Of a stretch of DNA of 64,000 nt, positions 1 to 13,850 are shown piece after piece. The stretch is from the NCBI RefSeq assembly GCF_036321535.1, contig NC_087437.1, forward strand, positions 22,632,001-22,696,000, written 5' to 3'. Under the pieces are notes generated by a model. That model did not search any database. It had not been told where the DNA came from and saw only the letters and a list, made by a program, of their open reading frames with translations. Source of the stretch: Camelus dromedarius. Lineage: Eukaryota. The position numbers were made by a program, and so were the translations under genes. Within the stretch, counting starts at the first letter, position 1. Every line of letters begins with the position of its first letter.

Positions 1-1532
1 CAGGAAAAAAAAAAAAAACTTAAAAGTTATTCAACGCAGAATCTCTATTTAAAAACATAAAAACCACGACCCACCCAGGTTAATGACTTGGTCAAAGTCA
101 CACTGAACCTGGTTGGTAGAGGAGATAGGACTGGAATGCCAGTTTTCTCCTAAAGAGATTTCACTAGAACTGGCAGATTCCACAGACGATCTGCTGCCTG
201 GGATTTCAGCAAAGGGAATAAAGCCTGTGATTTGAATATAATTTGCCTAATTTACTATTCCTAGAAAACTTCCCATCTCTTTTCATATTCCCTAAAGCAT
301 ATTTATGTTCTTCAGCTGTACCATTTGGAACCCTAAAGCCAACTGCTGGTTGTAATCGAATGTAAATAGCAAGAAAATGCAACTCTCTGGATTTTTCCCC
401 AATCAGATCAATTTTCCAGCAAGCAGCAAGCTCATAAATAATGTAGATGTTTAAGACATATTTAGCTCAGTGTAAGATGTTACACTATTTACTGTTTGAT
501 TGATGGCTTTAAAATATATTACCATTATTGGTGACAAGATAAAATGAACCATTTATCTTATGAGTGATGAAAATCAAACATTAATTCCTTGGCCTGATTC
601 TTCCTTTTTCAACCATGTCAATATATTTTTGAAAACTTTTTGATCTAGAATGGAGAGATTCAAAATGGCCTGTTTTGCTTATGATGCATGTAATACAACT
701 ACTTACTTGAAATTCCTTTGTAGTTATAAAGTGAACTTTCGCAATATTTCAAATCACCTTTCAGAGCCCAGAGACATTGTTCTCATGGGTTTTTCTTCTA
801 ATAACAGAGTTTACCAACTAATCAAATATAGAAGAAATCACCAAAGTGATTTAGAGAACAAGAAAACAATAAAATATTTAATCCCATAAGGTAATTAAGT
901 ATTCCTTTACAGAGCCTGAGCTTTGAGATCACTGCTGCTGCTTCCCATCACTCCAGCAGCACAAGCATTTGCTGAAAAAAGATCATTTGGTTTGCTAAAT
1001 CTTGCTACTCCCAAGTGTCCCTGTCATAATATTAACTGACCAGACTCCAGGGCTAGATCTACATTAGGCCAGCCTGCACAATCTATGAGAACATTTCTGA
1101 CAAATCACCCAGTTATCTGGTCTATACAACACCAGACAATTGATAGAACTTACTCTTCATCTGTGCCCCTACTTACTGTCAACTAACCCCCATCCACTTG
1201 ACAAATGGACTGGCTTTACACTATTAGGCACTGAACTGAAGGGTAGACAGTTTGGCATACTCCCATGTGATTTGAGTTGAATTTTAGCAGTAAGACATAA
1301 CATGGTGGTTTGAACCAACTACAGATGATTCATCCAAGTAAATGGATGACTTAAGAGTTAATGATTTGATTTCTTAACAACTCCATTCCTCTGGAGAATA
1401 AAACATCTGTTATTACCAAGTGTAATCTCTAAAACCACAACATAGAAGGAACAAGTGTCTTCTTCTTTATAAAAGTGAGTTTCAGAGAGAGAGGTAAGAA
1501 TCAAGTTTATATGTGAAGTCATACAATGCACT

Positions 1533-2291
1533 GGTTTTTAAATTGAAGTATAGTCAGTTTACAATGTTGTGTCAATTTCTGGTGTACAGCACAGTCATAC
1601 ATGAATATACATATGTTTGTTTTCATATTCTTTTTCACTGTAAGCTACTACAAGATATCGAATATAGTTCCCTGTGCTATACAGTATAAACTTGTTTATC
1701 TATTCTATATATACCAGTCAGTACCTGCAAATCTCAAACTCCCAACCTACCCCTTCTCACCCACTTCTCCCCTGGTAACCGTAAGTTTGTTTTCTATGTC
1801 TGTGAGTCTGTTTCTATTTTATAAATAAGTTCATTTGTTGTTTTTTTTTTCAATGAGTGATATCATACGGTATTTTTCTTCCTCTTTCTGGCTTACTTCA
1901 CTTGGAATGACAATCTAATGACAATTTCCAGGGGCATCATGTTGCTGCAAATGGCATTATTTTATTATTTTTTATGGCTGAGTAGTATTCCATTGTATAA
2001 ACATACCACAACTTTTTTATCCAGTCATCCATCGATGGACATTTAGGTTGTTTCCATGTCTTGGCTATTGTAAATAGTGCTGCTATGAACACTGGAGTGC
2101 AGGTGCCTTTTTGAATTAAGGTTCCCTCTGATATATGCCCAGGAGTGGGATTACTAGCTCATATGGTAAGTCTAGTTTCAGTCTTTTGAGGAATATCCAT
2201 ACTGTTTTCCACAATGGCTGCACCAAACTGCATTCTCACCAACAGTGTAAGAGGGTTCCCTTTTCTCCACACCGTCTCCAGCATTTATCAT
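1533..2291 (-). mobile_element. 5'-truncated LINE-1 (ORF2 C-terminus + 3'UTR) with TSD
   Basis: Reverse complement of an L1 3' end (aattgaagtatagtcagtttacaatg...tttatggctgagtagtattccattg), homologous to the L1 ends near 30450-30860 and 63700-64000. It is flanked by tcatacaat(g/a)cact at 1519-1532 and 2292-2305; the right copy runs into ttttaa (L1 endonuclease site). Confidence 0.9.
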
Positions 2292-2305
2292 TCATACAAT
2301 ACACT

Positions 2306-2400
2306 TTTAATTGAGCACCTACTATATACTCAGCACCCTGTAGGTGCTGGGCATAAAATGGAAAAAAAAATAATGGGCATTCTACTCAGGTATGTAGAGA
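2306..2400 (-). mobile_element. L2 3'-end fragment
   Basis: ttaattgagcacctactatat...gtgctggg resembles the reverse-complemented L2 tail. Confidence 0.45.
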
Positions 2401-2434
2401 AGTAAACAGACTGTTGAAATCAGTTATGGTAAAT

Positions 2435-2545
2435 GCCTCTGCCACTTTCTAGCTCTTTGATACTAGGCAAGTTATCTATCTCATCTTCTCCTCAGTTTCC
2501 TTGTCCATAAAATAGATATAATAGTCCTCCTTTTGTGTTATTACT
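2435..2545 (+). mobile_element. MIR fragment
   Basis: ctctgccactttctagct...ggcaagtta...cctcagtttccttgtccataaaat matches the MIR core. Confidence 0.55.
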
Positions 2546-3169
2546 AGAGAACCACTGCTGAATGATCCAAGGGATTCTTTAGTTCTTCCAGCTATCACTT
2601 TTGTCAGGAAACACAAAAGGCCACTTAGCACTAACATGTCCCTCAGAGAATCAGCAAACCAGGAGGCTCAGATTTGGAGCTACCAAGAGAAGCTTTTAAT
2701 AGGTTGTTTTAAACATAGAAACATACATTTTCATCTAATTTCGCAATAGAAAGTTGCTAAGAACTCGTTGGCAAAGAGAATACTCCTTTCAATGTTTCTT
2801 AATACCAGATCTAGTGTTGTCAGCCCAGCACACATCAGAGAGCCTACCTCTGCTGACACCACCACATCCAATTTCAGGTGCCCTGAAGAAAACAGGCAAG
2901 TAGCCAAGCAGAAGATGGTGAAGGGAGGCTTGCCAAGAAGCCACAAATAGCTTAATAGGTTTGGTCATCCACATAATGAAAATAATCAAACAAATATCAC
3001 AAAATTCCCAAAGCCTAGTGACTTGACAAGAGAAGATAATAAGAGAGGACAGATGTATGGCAAAAGTAGTGGAGGGAAAAGATATTGTATTAATGGATGT
3101 ATATTTGTGTAGGTCTTGAGACATACTAATTTCACTGTATTCAACATTGTTCAGATCTCAGCTAAAATA

Positions 3170-3640
3170 TTTTCTTATTCAAAATACCCCACTGGAAAAT
3201 GCCTCTTAAGACACTGAGGGGTCAGAAACATGTTAAATGGGCAAGAGATGTAGAGCTGGGTTTGCTACCTGAAGAAGGCCAAGAAGAAATGTGGCATCCA
3301 GAGTTTAGAACAGGAAGGTGATCATAAGAAGTAAGAAAGAGAACTTAATCTGTGTTCCTCCAGAAAATCAGGGAAAAAATGGTGGGAGGGGGGTGGACAT
3401 TACAAAGAGTCAAATCAGCTTATTGAAAAACTATTCAAAGAATGAGGTAGAAATGCACTATTGTGGGAGGTAGTGAATTTCCTTCCCTGGAGGCATTTAA
3501 GCATTCCTTAAGTATTCTACTAAAAGGATACTAGTTTATTATGTGAAAAAAGATGAAGGCATACTTGAGGAGTGAACTTGGGAGGTAGAACTAAATACAT
3601 TTTAAGGTAGTTTCAAATTCAAACTTTATGATTTTATAAA
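3170..3640 (+). mobile_element. L3/CR1 LINE 3' fragment (highly diverged)
   Basis: gggaggtagtgaatttccttccctggaggcatttaagca and the terminal ttcaaattcaaactttatgatttta resemble the CR1/L3 3' end. Confidence 0.5.
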
Positions 3641-4019
3641 ATCTGAAAAAAAATTTATTTTTTTCAATAAAAGCAAAGACCAAGAGCAGAAGATGGGAAA
3701 CTCTGTAATTCACAATATTTTCTAGCATTTAGTCAGTTATCAAAGTCAAAATAAAGACAAGTTTGACAGGACCCAAAGTCTGGCACCAGGAACTGCTTTT
3801 GTTAATCAGCACTCTTTTCCTAACTTGACAGTAGCTTCTTCACAAATGCTTACTCTGAGATTAAAATGAAAATACGTGAAGTTATTCTTGTCTGTGTCAA
3901 TACCTCAACCTTCCTAGGAGAGGGGAGGAATATTCACAAAACTCATTTAATTCCCCCCAAGACTGGGGAATAACTCACTTTTTTTCCCCCAGATGACTCT
4001 AACAGGATATCTAGCAGCC

Positions 4020-5150
4020 TCTCTACCACATCTAATACCCAGGCTCCTGTTCTGGCTTCTAAGATGATGAGTAGGTACCTTAAACTCAGCAGCTTTAATC
4101 CTGAACACAAGATCTTATCCATAACCCTGGGGTTGCTCCAGAGTCTCTTTTCTTAGCAAAGGCAGCATCTCCTACTCAGAAAACTGGAGGTCATCTTAGA
4201 CACATGTCTACCTCTTCGCCATGTGCCTCCCCATAGGCAACTCATCACTAAACTGCTATTTCACTCTTGAACTGATTTCAGATATATCCAACATCTAGCC
4301 TAGACTACATCTCCTCTAGATATTCCTATGCCTGCTGAAATAGTCTCCTTGTATCCCCTCACTTTCTACCAATGTATTGCCAGAATCATTGTAAAACACA
4401 AATCTGACCATGTATCTCCATGTTCAAAATCTTTTCATGAGTTCCCATTGCTCTTAGATTAAATGCCAAAATACTTGTGGTGGTTATTCCTCTCCAGATC
4501 CATTCTCTATCCTTTCCACCCTGCTCTGTGCCCCAAGAGGCTACCATGTATGGGCTCTATCACTTGGCTCCCTTATTCTCTAGATTTTGGTTAGATTTGA
4601 CCAATGGGTTAGTGGGGTAAAGGGACACTGGCAGGAGATCAGAGTGTGAGAGAAGTGTAAGAGTGGGGTATTTATTCTTTATTCTTTCAGTTCTCTCCCT
4701 TCAGGGTTTATATGGGCTCTTTGTTCTTCAATAAAGGTCACAACTCCATTCAGTTGGTCCTGTCCACACAGATCTCATCTCAAGTTCTAGTATCACCTCA
4801 TTCCTTTCCCCCTCAGATTATGATGCCCCACTGTTAGTAGCCTTGGAAACTGGACTATCCTTACAGTTTTTCTTTGCCCTGCCCACATCTTTTAAATAGT
4901 TCTCAAACATCACTCTTTCAGGACACTATTCTGGATCCTCCTGCAAGAGTCAGATCTGCTTAACAGATCTTTTAATAATGCTTATACTTCTTCATAGCAC
5001 TCACCATAGAATTAAAAGAGTAACTGTGTAGCAGACTGTCTAATCTCTGTCCTTCCTCCTAGGAAGAGGGTAGGGACCATCTCTGTAGTAGCCATTCCCA
5101 AATCCCTAGAACACTTACACACAAGTGCTCAATAATTATCTATCAAATGA
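4020..5150 (+). mobile_element. L2 fragments, interrupted by an LTR
   Basis: aaacacaaatctgaccatgtatctcc...ttcccattgctcttag and the terminal gtgctcaataatta are L2-like. Confidence 0.5.
4476..4930 (+). mobile_element. ERVL solo LTR, LTR33-like
   Basis: Starts tgtggtgg; contains ccaccctgctctgtgcccc...gaccaatggg...ggcaggagatcagag...ggggtatttattc typical of LTR33. Confidence 0.65.
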
Positions 5151-6282
5151 GAGCGCTGGTGAGAGTGGAGAAGAAGAAAAGATAGAAAGGAGGGACGAGG
5201 TGGGAGTGAAAGAGCCCCAGTCAGAGCCAACAGAGCCATCACCCACCAAGGACGTCCATGCTGTAAGGCCAAGAAGTGAGGGCAGCAGAGGCTGTCCTCT
5301 CGTTGTTGTAGAAAAGCTGGGGGAGATATGACATCAAAAAGTTGTTTGGCAGGATACTTTTCACAAAGAGATTGTTTGTCAAAGAAGATATCTTCAATTA
5401 AATGCATTTTCATAATGTGAGGTTTATCCCCAAAGAGTAAGTCACTTCCTGTTACTGCAGCTAAGCCACCATACAGCAACTTAGCTGGATTTGGCACAGT
5501 TGTTACCTGGAGATGTTTTCAAAAGAGAAATGGCGTTTTTTTCTTCAAGGCTCAAATGTCAATATTTTTCAGAAAAACCACCTACTTAATTTCTTATTAA
5601 GTATTACCTGTTAATTATCAGCTCACATCAAAGAAGAGATTAATTAAAGAGTCTCATCCCAGACTCCTGACAAGTGGAGAAGTGGCCACCAGTGCCCAGA
5701 AGCCTATGCTGAACTCAGGCAAGTCTCTCCTGTTACGTGGTTGTGAGAGGAGGAAGGACACTCCAGAGAAGCATCCTATGGGAGTACAAGGTCAAGGTTT
5801 GGAAATCAGACCAGAATGAAGTTGTCAGCTCAAATGGTGTTGGACAAAGGCTAAGGCAAAACAAAACAAAACAAAACAGAAAACAAGTAAGATGATGGCC
5901 AAGGGGGAGGTGGTAAGTAAGGGAATGTGCAAAAGGCAGAGAGAAAAAAAGGAGAGAGAATTATAGAATGAAAGTGAAAGAGGTTGCTAAAGCCCTTTAT
6001 GTGGTTCTCTTGCTGTTGGCTCAGATGTCTGGGAGGTCGATGGAGAGCAACAGCCCTGTTTTCTCCAACCACAACTGGTGAGACCAGGAAAGGGGCAAAG
6101 GAGGATGGGAAGAGATGAGGGAGAGATGACTACAAATAAACCACAACATTCAGCTGCCTGTCTGTAGCTTGTAGAGCTAATAAAGCCTCCTTTGGTGTCT
6201 CCTAGGATGGGTGAACCGTGGTGAAGTCCCCTTCCAGAACATCAGAGTTGTCCTTACACCAACCATCACCTTATACTGATAT

Positions 6283-6457
6283 CAGGGCTTCTCAAATTCT
6301 GATGTGCAGACCAGTCACATAGGGACCTGGTTAAAATGCAGACACTGATTCAGTAGGTCTGGGGTAGGGCCGGAGATTCTGAATTCTAATTCATTCAGAT
6401 TTGAATACAGTGATATGAATACTGCTGGTCAATGGACCACATTTTAAGGAGCAAGGT
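6283..6457. mobile_element. MER5A-like hAT-Charlie DNA transposon fossil
   Basis: cagggcttctcaaa...gttaaaatgcagacactgattcagtaggtctggggtagggcc...ggaccacattttaaggagcaagg. Confidence 0.75.
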
Positions 6458-6619
6458 CCTAAACTACACACATGGTATCATTTTCCAATGAATAGTGCTA
6501 TCTCAGCGTGGCTTCTCTCTTTCATTCCTCACCTACCACAGAGCAGCAGTTGAGTGTCTTGAAAATTATCAGGATTAGTAGCTAATAGTAAAAGATGACA
6601 CATAAAAATTTAGACTATG

Positions 6620-6810
6620 AAATTGTCTTGGAAAATAACATCTAGCAATGTTGGACCATTGCTCCCTCATGGAAACAGCCCACTGGAACTGGGTGGTGGC
6701 TGCCTGCTTCTGCTTTGCCACAGTCTGAATTACTCTTACATCTAGGTGGCTTCAATCTTTTACATCCCCTGCCTCATCCCCCTCTGCATTTGTGTCTGAT
6801 ATACTAGTTT
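6620..6810. mobile_element. possible MER102-like hAT fragment
   Basis: catggaaacagcccactggaactgggtggtggctgcc resembles the MER102 core; weak. Confidence 0.3.
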
Positions 6811-7944
6811 GAACTGAGATGCTCCCTGTTTTTTGAAAGATAATTTTGCTTCCAGACAAGTCTTTTTAGTTACCAACATAATTCTCCATTTTAGGGAGCT
6901 ATGTCACTGCTATTGAGGAGGCAAACAAGTGCAGAAAGAACACATCTTCTATGGACAGGTGGCCTTATCCATTTGCAGATAAAGAGAGAAAACATGATTA
7001 GTTGAATCAACAGCGGCAGGGTTAGTAGGTCCACACATCACAATGCGGATGTACCATTCTCAAGCGGTAAGAATTAAGCAGCTAATCATGTTCAATGAAG
7101 GTAGAAGGATCCAGATGGTGATGGAAAGTTCAAGCCACAGAAGTTAAAGATCAAATAGGTTACAGGGAGATAAACAAGGGAGAAAAGAACGACTGAAGCT
7201 AAGAAGGAAAAATAGATAGCGAGTGCATCCCACCTAGGCCATTTCTTAGGAATTGGCACGTTTACAAGCCTCTGACTTGAAAACATTAAAAACAAAAAGA
7301 AACATTCACAGAGAACAACATAAAGCTGAAATAACTCCTTTTTCCTCCTTGCAATCTTTGGATGTGCAAGCTCGCCTACTGGTTTGATTTGCACTGTTTA
7401 CTTACATTTTTCTGTTCTCCTTACATATTTCTCTCCCCCACACATTCGATTTGGAGAAGAAACTCAGGGGAAAATGTTTTCCTTGCATAATTCGTCCTTG
7501 TTTTTGTTGAAACCATATCCAGCAGAGTCCTCACAGAGGGAACATTTCTGCCCTTGTTATAGAATCAAGAGCTTTGAATGAAAAGTGCAGGCAGCACAGT
7601 GCCAGGGGGCCTGGATCAGGTTCAGTCAGGTCCCTGCTGTACCAGCACCTCTCACTTGGAGCTGAGCCCCTCATGGGGTGAAATGCCTCCCCCTCCTTCC
7701 CAGCTCGTTCCCACTCCCAATCTGGACAGGCAGGCTCTGCTGTTGCCCTTGAGCCCCGCATAGCTTTCCTGCAAGGGGCCCAGGCCCAGCTCTGCAGCAG
7801 CTCACCTGGCTCAGCCCGCCCAGGTGGTATCACATGGATCGAAATGTTCCTTATCTTTTCTCCTCTTATAAAATTGTTTCATCGTGAATTCCATTCCTTA
7901 GGACCCTGTTTTATGAATTTCAAGGTGAGAATTGAATATAGGGA

Positions 7945-8120
7945 AAGGGGCATTTGACTTGTCAGAAACTCTGGATTCAACTCCAAGCACTGCTATTTAG
8001 GAGCTATTTAAACTAGGACAGCTTAGTTTCTCAGAACGTCAGTCCCCTTCTCTGTACAATGAGAATAACCCTACCAACCTGGAAGGCTGCTGTGCTTACA
8101 CACAGCTAAATAAATGGCTA
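7945..8120 (+). mobile_element. MIR
   Basis: gtcagaaactctggattcaactccaagc...cagtccccttctctgtacaatgagaataaccctacc. Confidence 0.55.
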
Positions 8121-8127
8121 TTGAATC

Positions 8128-8236
8128 TTTTTTTTTTTAATTGAAGTATAGTTAGTCCACAATGCTGCGTCAATCTCTGGTGCACAGCACATCGCTTCAG
8201 TCACACATGAATATATATATATTCATTCAGATTTTT
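8128..8236 (-). mobile_element. very short L1 3' tip with poly(T)
   Basis: T11 followed by aattgaagtatagttagtccacaatgctgcgtcaatctctggtgcacagc, the same family as 1541-1630. Confidence 0.75.
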
Positions 8237-11200
8237 AAAAATCCATGCTAATGTGTTCATGGACATTAATTTCTTACTGTTTTTTTTTTCAATTTGTGTT
8301 TGCTTCCTTATGGAACACAATGCACATTATTGAGATGCTCTAACTGGGAATTTGTATTCCATGGCAGATAAAGGGCCCTGATTTTTCTCATGCAGACAGG
8401 TGACTTGCCACTTTCTATTTTACAAGATTCTTGGGCAGGACTTGTAGCTGCCTCCAAGCACCGCCATTCCTGTGGGGAGACATCTGGGCTGCAGCAGCCC
8501 CTGGGCACCAAATGCACAGGCATGATGCTGGATGATAATAAACTGTAAATTTAAATTCTGTTTTGCTTGAGAAAAAAGTCCCTTTTCTTGTATCTTTAAT
8601 AAAAACACAGATGAAGCCACAGAACAAAAACATTCTTTAGCTTTCAAGTAAGCCCTTTCAGGAATGAAAGAAATTAGTTAAAAAGACAGTTTGGGATCTC
8701 CAGCTTTTAATTATCTTTGTCCCAATTAATCTAGTCACTATTTTATTTGAATATTTGCTTGTTTTTCCTAATAGGGAGATGGTGAGAGTCTTAGCAATGT
8801 GGAAGATGGTGGTACTGGAGAAATATCAGAGCCCATATTTTTATTCTAAAATAAAATAGATGCAAGTATGCATGCAATGTTCCTTGTTGAATTACACGTA
8901 AGGCTGATAAAATTGCACCTTGGTACTTGCTGTTTCCTTCACATGGAATACCTTCCACCCCCACCACTACCACCCTTGGATAGCCACTGAAATAGTCCTA
9001 CCTGTTCTTCAAGTTTCAGTTCAGGGGCTGCTATCTTTGGGAAGCCATCTGGACCTGTCCATCGTTTACACTGGGTCTTCCAAGGTAGTGTGCTCTCCTT
9101 TCTTCTACCCCTGATTCCCTGGTAGATGTAGCTTATCTTTTCGTTTTGTAACATTTGTATATTTGTTGCAGCTAGGCTGTGGGTGCCTTCCGGCAGGGAC
9201 AGCGTGTTTTTCTCTTATCTTCAATACCTAGCACGCTGCCTGGCGTTTAAGAGGTGCTGAATAATTGCTTGTTGAAAACATTTATGATAAATAAAAAAAG
9301 CAATACTTGGCAGCAGTATTGAACTATCTCCATTCCTAGCCACGTATACGCCCTCTTGTCATTCTGGGATATCACCTTCCATTTTTCACTCAGCCACCCA
9401 TACGTATATAGGTCAAACATGGTAATACTTTTTGCACACTAGCTTTCAATCAGAGAATCAGAAGTCCTCCTACTTGGAGACTCCTTGACGTTCCCTTCCG
9501 AAAAACTGCTTCTACTATTACTCCTACTATTGAGTAGATGCCCAATAAGTACACAATTAAATAAGTAATCTACCTTTTTTTCCCTCTCATGCTTGGCTGT
9601 AATTCCTAACCTTAAATAGCTGGCAGTATTTTTAAGTGGCTTCCAAACGAATGTTCTAAATTAAACCCAACTGATTTTTGTAAAGATTCTGATACACACA
9701 CACACAGAGCAACATGCCACGCTTGGGGTCTCTGCGGGAATTAAGAGGCAGGTATTCCAAGGGTTCTGTCTATCTAGCTATACACATGATAAATAATTTG
9801 AAAAAACAAGACAGATTTCTACCTAGGCCCAGGGTTTTTCTTTGCTGTTCTTTACCTGACAATCAAAGTCAGGACTAACAGTGAGGCTGGAGGCCACCTG
9901 AGGAAGATGCATTCGGCTGCCAATGCCTCAGGCCTCACTTGCTGAGGAAAGAACAAATGAGCAGGTGCAGAGTTTCACTTTTTTTAACTCAACCCTGCTG
10001 TACAGAGATGACAGGAAACCAGGCTCTCCTGCCAGTATAAGCCTCCTCAAAATGTGACCTAGAACTACGGGTGTCCTGTCACACCCTTTATAACTGCAAA
10101 GAGCCAGCGTCCCTTTCCACCTCCACCTTCTGTTGCTTCCAACAGTCTCAGCTTCCCCCTCCTCTCCAATGCCCCCTCACCTGTCCTGGAGGAACACACG
10201 TAGCCTTCAACAGGAAAATGGGCAGAGCATTGAAAAACGCCTTCTTAGGTTTTCATGCCCAAGTCTCTCTTCTAAGTCCAGTTTAGGAAGGCAAAAGAAT
10301 GGGGAAATGAAAATGCTGGCTTTCTAGGTACAGGAAGGATCAATTTAATATTTTGAAGCTATAACCCATGTATAGTTCAGTCCTTACGTATTTTCCTTAA
10401 ACTTTATCGTTGTTAAAAGAACAAAGTCCAGGTCATCAGATTTAATTTTTTCACCTGAAAAGGTCCCAACAAGACCTCTTAAAAATCCCCCCTTACATCT
10501 CCTACCTACTGCAATCACACCCACATATTCAGAGCCTCTGGGAGGAAGCTATTTGAGAGGACCAAGTCAGAAACCCCTCATGTGGGCAGACAGAGGGAGG
10601 AGAAATTTAGGAGCTTCCGTTTATTAATCTTTTTAATGGCATGGTATAAAGAAACACTTAGAAGTGGTGAGCTTCCACTCTCTGAATCTGGAGATGCCTG
10701 TGAGGGAGCAGGAGGGGAACTTCTGGAGAAAGAGGTAATCAATAAGAAGGAGGGTAGAGGGAAGAGTTGGAGGTGTGCCTCGGTAATCCACCTCAGGCCC
10801 CAGGGAGAGGCATGTTCCTGTGGGCTGCGGAGGTGGGTAACGTCCCCCCGCCAACCCCATCCCCCCCACTTCTTTCCAACAGCCCAGGCTTTATAGAGTC
10901 CTTCACAGCAGCCTTGGCCAGCAGTGAGGTCCCGAACCACTAGTGGTTGTGGTTGTAAGGGTCAGCAGTGGTGGAGACAGGAGAAATTCCCACACAGTAG
11001 CAGCTCAGCACAAGGGGGGAAAGTGTGGAGCCCTTTCTGAAGTGACCTTTAACACCGAGGGTCAGATGGACATCAGACAAAGGCAAATGAAGAAGAGCCT
11101 AGAAAAAATCATTTTTAAAAACAGATGGTTTGCTTCTATATCTCAGCAATCTGACTAGTCAGCATCTAAAACAAACGCATTATTGAAAACATGGCCTTTA

Positions 11201-12624
11201 CAAAGAATTTTGTAAGCCAAAAGTAATTTTTTTAAGTGAATGAAGAGAAGCAGTATCATGTTAAGTTTTAAAGAATTTGACGGATGGAGGGGTGGGCAGT
11301 AGGTGTGGAAATGAAGTGCAATTTTGCCAGATGTATATCTGGTAACACTCTCCTTCCTCCTGAATTCAACAGTTTTCTGCAGGCCAAAATGAATTGTAAT
11401 CATCGATAAAAATGATGGTGCACCTAGGGCCAAGCCTGTGTACCGAAGGTCTGGCCTCCAGTCCCACACAAACTGCAAGATCACACAGAATGCAGGCTTC
11501 CCTCTCTCTGCTTGGTCAAAAATTCTTTGGCTTTAACTTTCTTTTCCTTTTGTCCTCCTTCCTGGGAAGAGGACAGTTTCTTTTCACTCCCCAACTCCTC
11601 TTGAATTTCTTTTTGATTTTTAGTCAATTTTGTCTTCAGTGGCCACTAATTAGTCTCTGTGCTACGGTTTCCAAGACCATTTTCTGCTTATTTACCCATT
11701 CACTATTCCTAAGGCCCAATTATTTTTGATAATTAGTATTTTAATATTTGCTGAGTACAAACAGGGCTCAGAACACCAAAACCTTGGCTGTCTCCTAACT
11801 CTCCATTTCATTTAAAAATGAGTTCCTGTGTAATCCTTATCCCATATCATCAGTTCTAGCTATTGCTAATGCTCCCTATTCTTTCTGTACAACTTTCAAA
11901 TTATAATCTTTCCCCCAGTCTCCTGACTATAGTTTGATGATTACTCTCTACTTCATTCCTTTCTAATCAACCCAGCAGGCTGATTGAGTTCTGGAACCCC
12001 TACAGATAAATAAACCCAACAACATATAAATCTGCTCTAAATTTCAGTATCTGCCTTTTTTAGGTGATAAAAATAATATGTCTTCCTGATATGTGATTGA
12101 TGGAACAAAGATTGCTTTTAGAAATCAACAAACCAATAAGCAGAGAAAAAAAAAACCTGTGTTCCTGAAAACCAAGGTCAGGACAAAAATTTGATTAGAC
12201 TGCTCATGTAGAGTTAGATGCTAAACTCCCAAAACAGGTACCCTGGGTAGAGGGGCCCAAATCTACTATTGCCTCAAGTTTAAGTCCATCAGAAGACTGG
12301 GATGGGACCTCTGTTTTTTGCATACAGGTCCCTGGGGATTTAGGGCTGGAGATAATTTTCATATTTTTCATGTTAATTCAAAGGATGAGACATTTTCTAG
12401 CCAGAAGACTAGACAAGTGAATTGGTTGTCCAATGGAAAATGTATATTTCAATGACATTTGCAGACTGCTGACTCTATACTGGACTCAACTCACAGGAAG
12501 CATATTCCCTGCATAAGTTGACATTTCTAAACTATACACCTTTTATAACATAAATAACTTGAAGTAGAGCGGTCAGTAGATCAGTTATCCAGAAAAGGTA
12601 AGCTGACTCACAGCTCACCACTCC

Positions 12625-12766
12625 AGTCACCTGTCCAAGTGTGCCCCTGGTCCAGGGGCATCCACATCATCTGAGAGTGTGTTAGAAATGTAGAGTCCAC
12701 ACCAAAACCTACTGACTTGGAATCTGCATTTTAACAAGATTCTCAGGTGATTCAAATTTGAGAAGT
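12625..12766. mobile_element. MER5A-like hAT-Charlie fossil (opposite orientation to the 6283 copy)
   Basis: gttagaaatgtagagtcc...acctactgacttggaatctgcattttaacaagattctcaggtgattc...tttgagaagt. Confidence 0.65.
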
Positions 12767-13669
12767 TTAACTTGTGAACTATTAAAGAAAAATAAAATAC
12801 CCCTAATGGTCAGAGATGCTAGAACAACGTTTAAATAATTGCCCATCTATTTGATCTCTGGAGATGGAAGTTTTACCATTGCTGGAATTGAAGAGATCTC
12901 TTTTCCTCTGTTTTCACTCCCTATCTATTCCTTGTTTGAATTATAACTTTCTGGACATTCAACTTCGTGGAAAGCCACTTTTGAGTAAAGGAGACCGACC
13001 AGCAGGGAAGATTATGGACAATTAAGGACAGTCTCTTGTAGCTATTGCCTGACTAGAAAACATCAATTAACATATTTCACAAAACTGAACCCAAAAGTAG
13101 CTCCTTCAAATTATTTCAAATTATGTAAATAGAGTAAAATAAAATTCCATTGATTGCTTCTGATGAGAAGAGCCTAATATGCTAAACATTAAAAAAATTA
13201 ACTTTTATGAAAATGTATTTGGTGAGTGAAGTCAGACATTTTACCTACCACAGAGTAATTACAGACTCCGAAACCAGTGGCAATCCCAAGGACTAGAGCA
13301 TTCATTCCTCACAAGTGAAATGCAGAAGTGTGACACCAGAAGAGCCTTTAGAAGGTAGTTCAAGCTCATGTCATAGGTGAGAAAACCAAGACAAGAGAGT
13401 TAGAAATAGAGTTTGTACAAAAGAGAGTCCAGGCCTCGTACTGCTCAGTCTAGGCCAACTTCCACCCCAGCACTGCTTGCCCCACCAACATTCAATCTTT
13501 ATGCTTGAGTATATCACTAACTTGCTGTTGAATTTCTTTGGAATTTTTCCTCTCTCCTATTATTGCATAAGGATTTTGAAGGCAGTAGATGTGTCTTGTC
13601 CTTCACTCTGCCCAGTGATGAGGAGAAAATTAGAAACACAGTTCTAATCAATGTTGCCTATGGCTTGGT

Positions 13670-13850
13670 CAAGGGTGACTAACTGCACAGGGACACCAAG
13701 GAAACGCTTGAGATGATGGAAATACACTTTATATTGACTGAGGTGGTGCTTAAATGGGGCATACGTTTGTTAAAGCTCATCCGACTGTACATCTTAAATG
13801 GGTGCCTTTTATTGTATGAAAGTGACATCTTGATAAAGTTCATTTTAAAA
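13670..13850 (+). mobile_element. ancient L1M (L1ME/MC-type) 3' end
   Basis: gatgatggaaat...tttgttaaagctcatccgactgtacatcttaaatgggtgccttttattgtatg. Confidence 0.6.

Noticed and set aside
6979..7066. Possible + strand exon (ttgcag| ... cg|gtaaga)
   Set aside because: Stops in all three frames and no other support.
10181..10272. Possible minus-strand exon ending at CAG|GTGAGG
   Set aside because: All three frames are closed and there is no further evidence.
10935..10948. 14-bp perfect palindrome aaccactagtggtt
   Set aside because: 7-bp arms are expected several times per 64 kb by chance.
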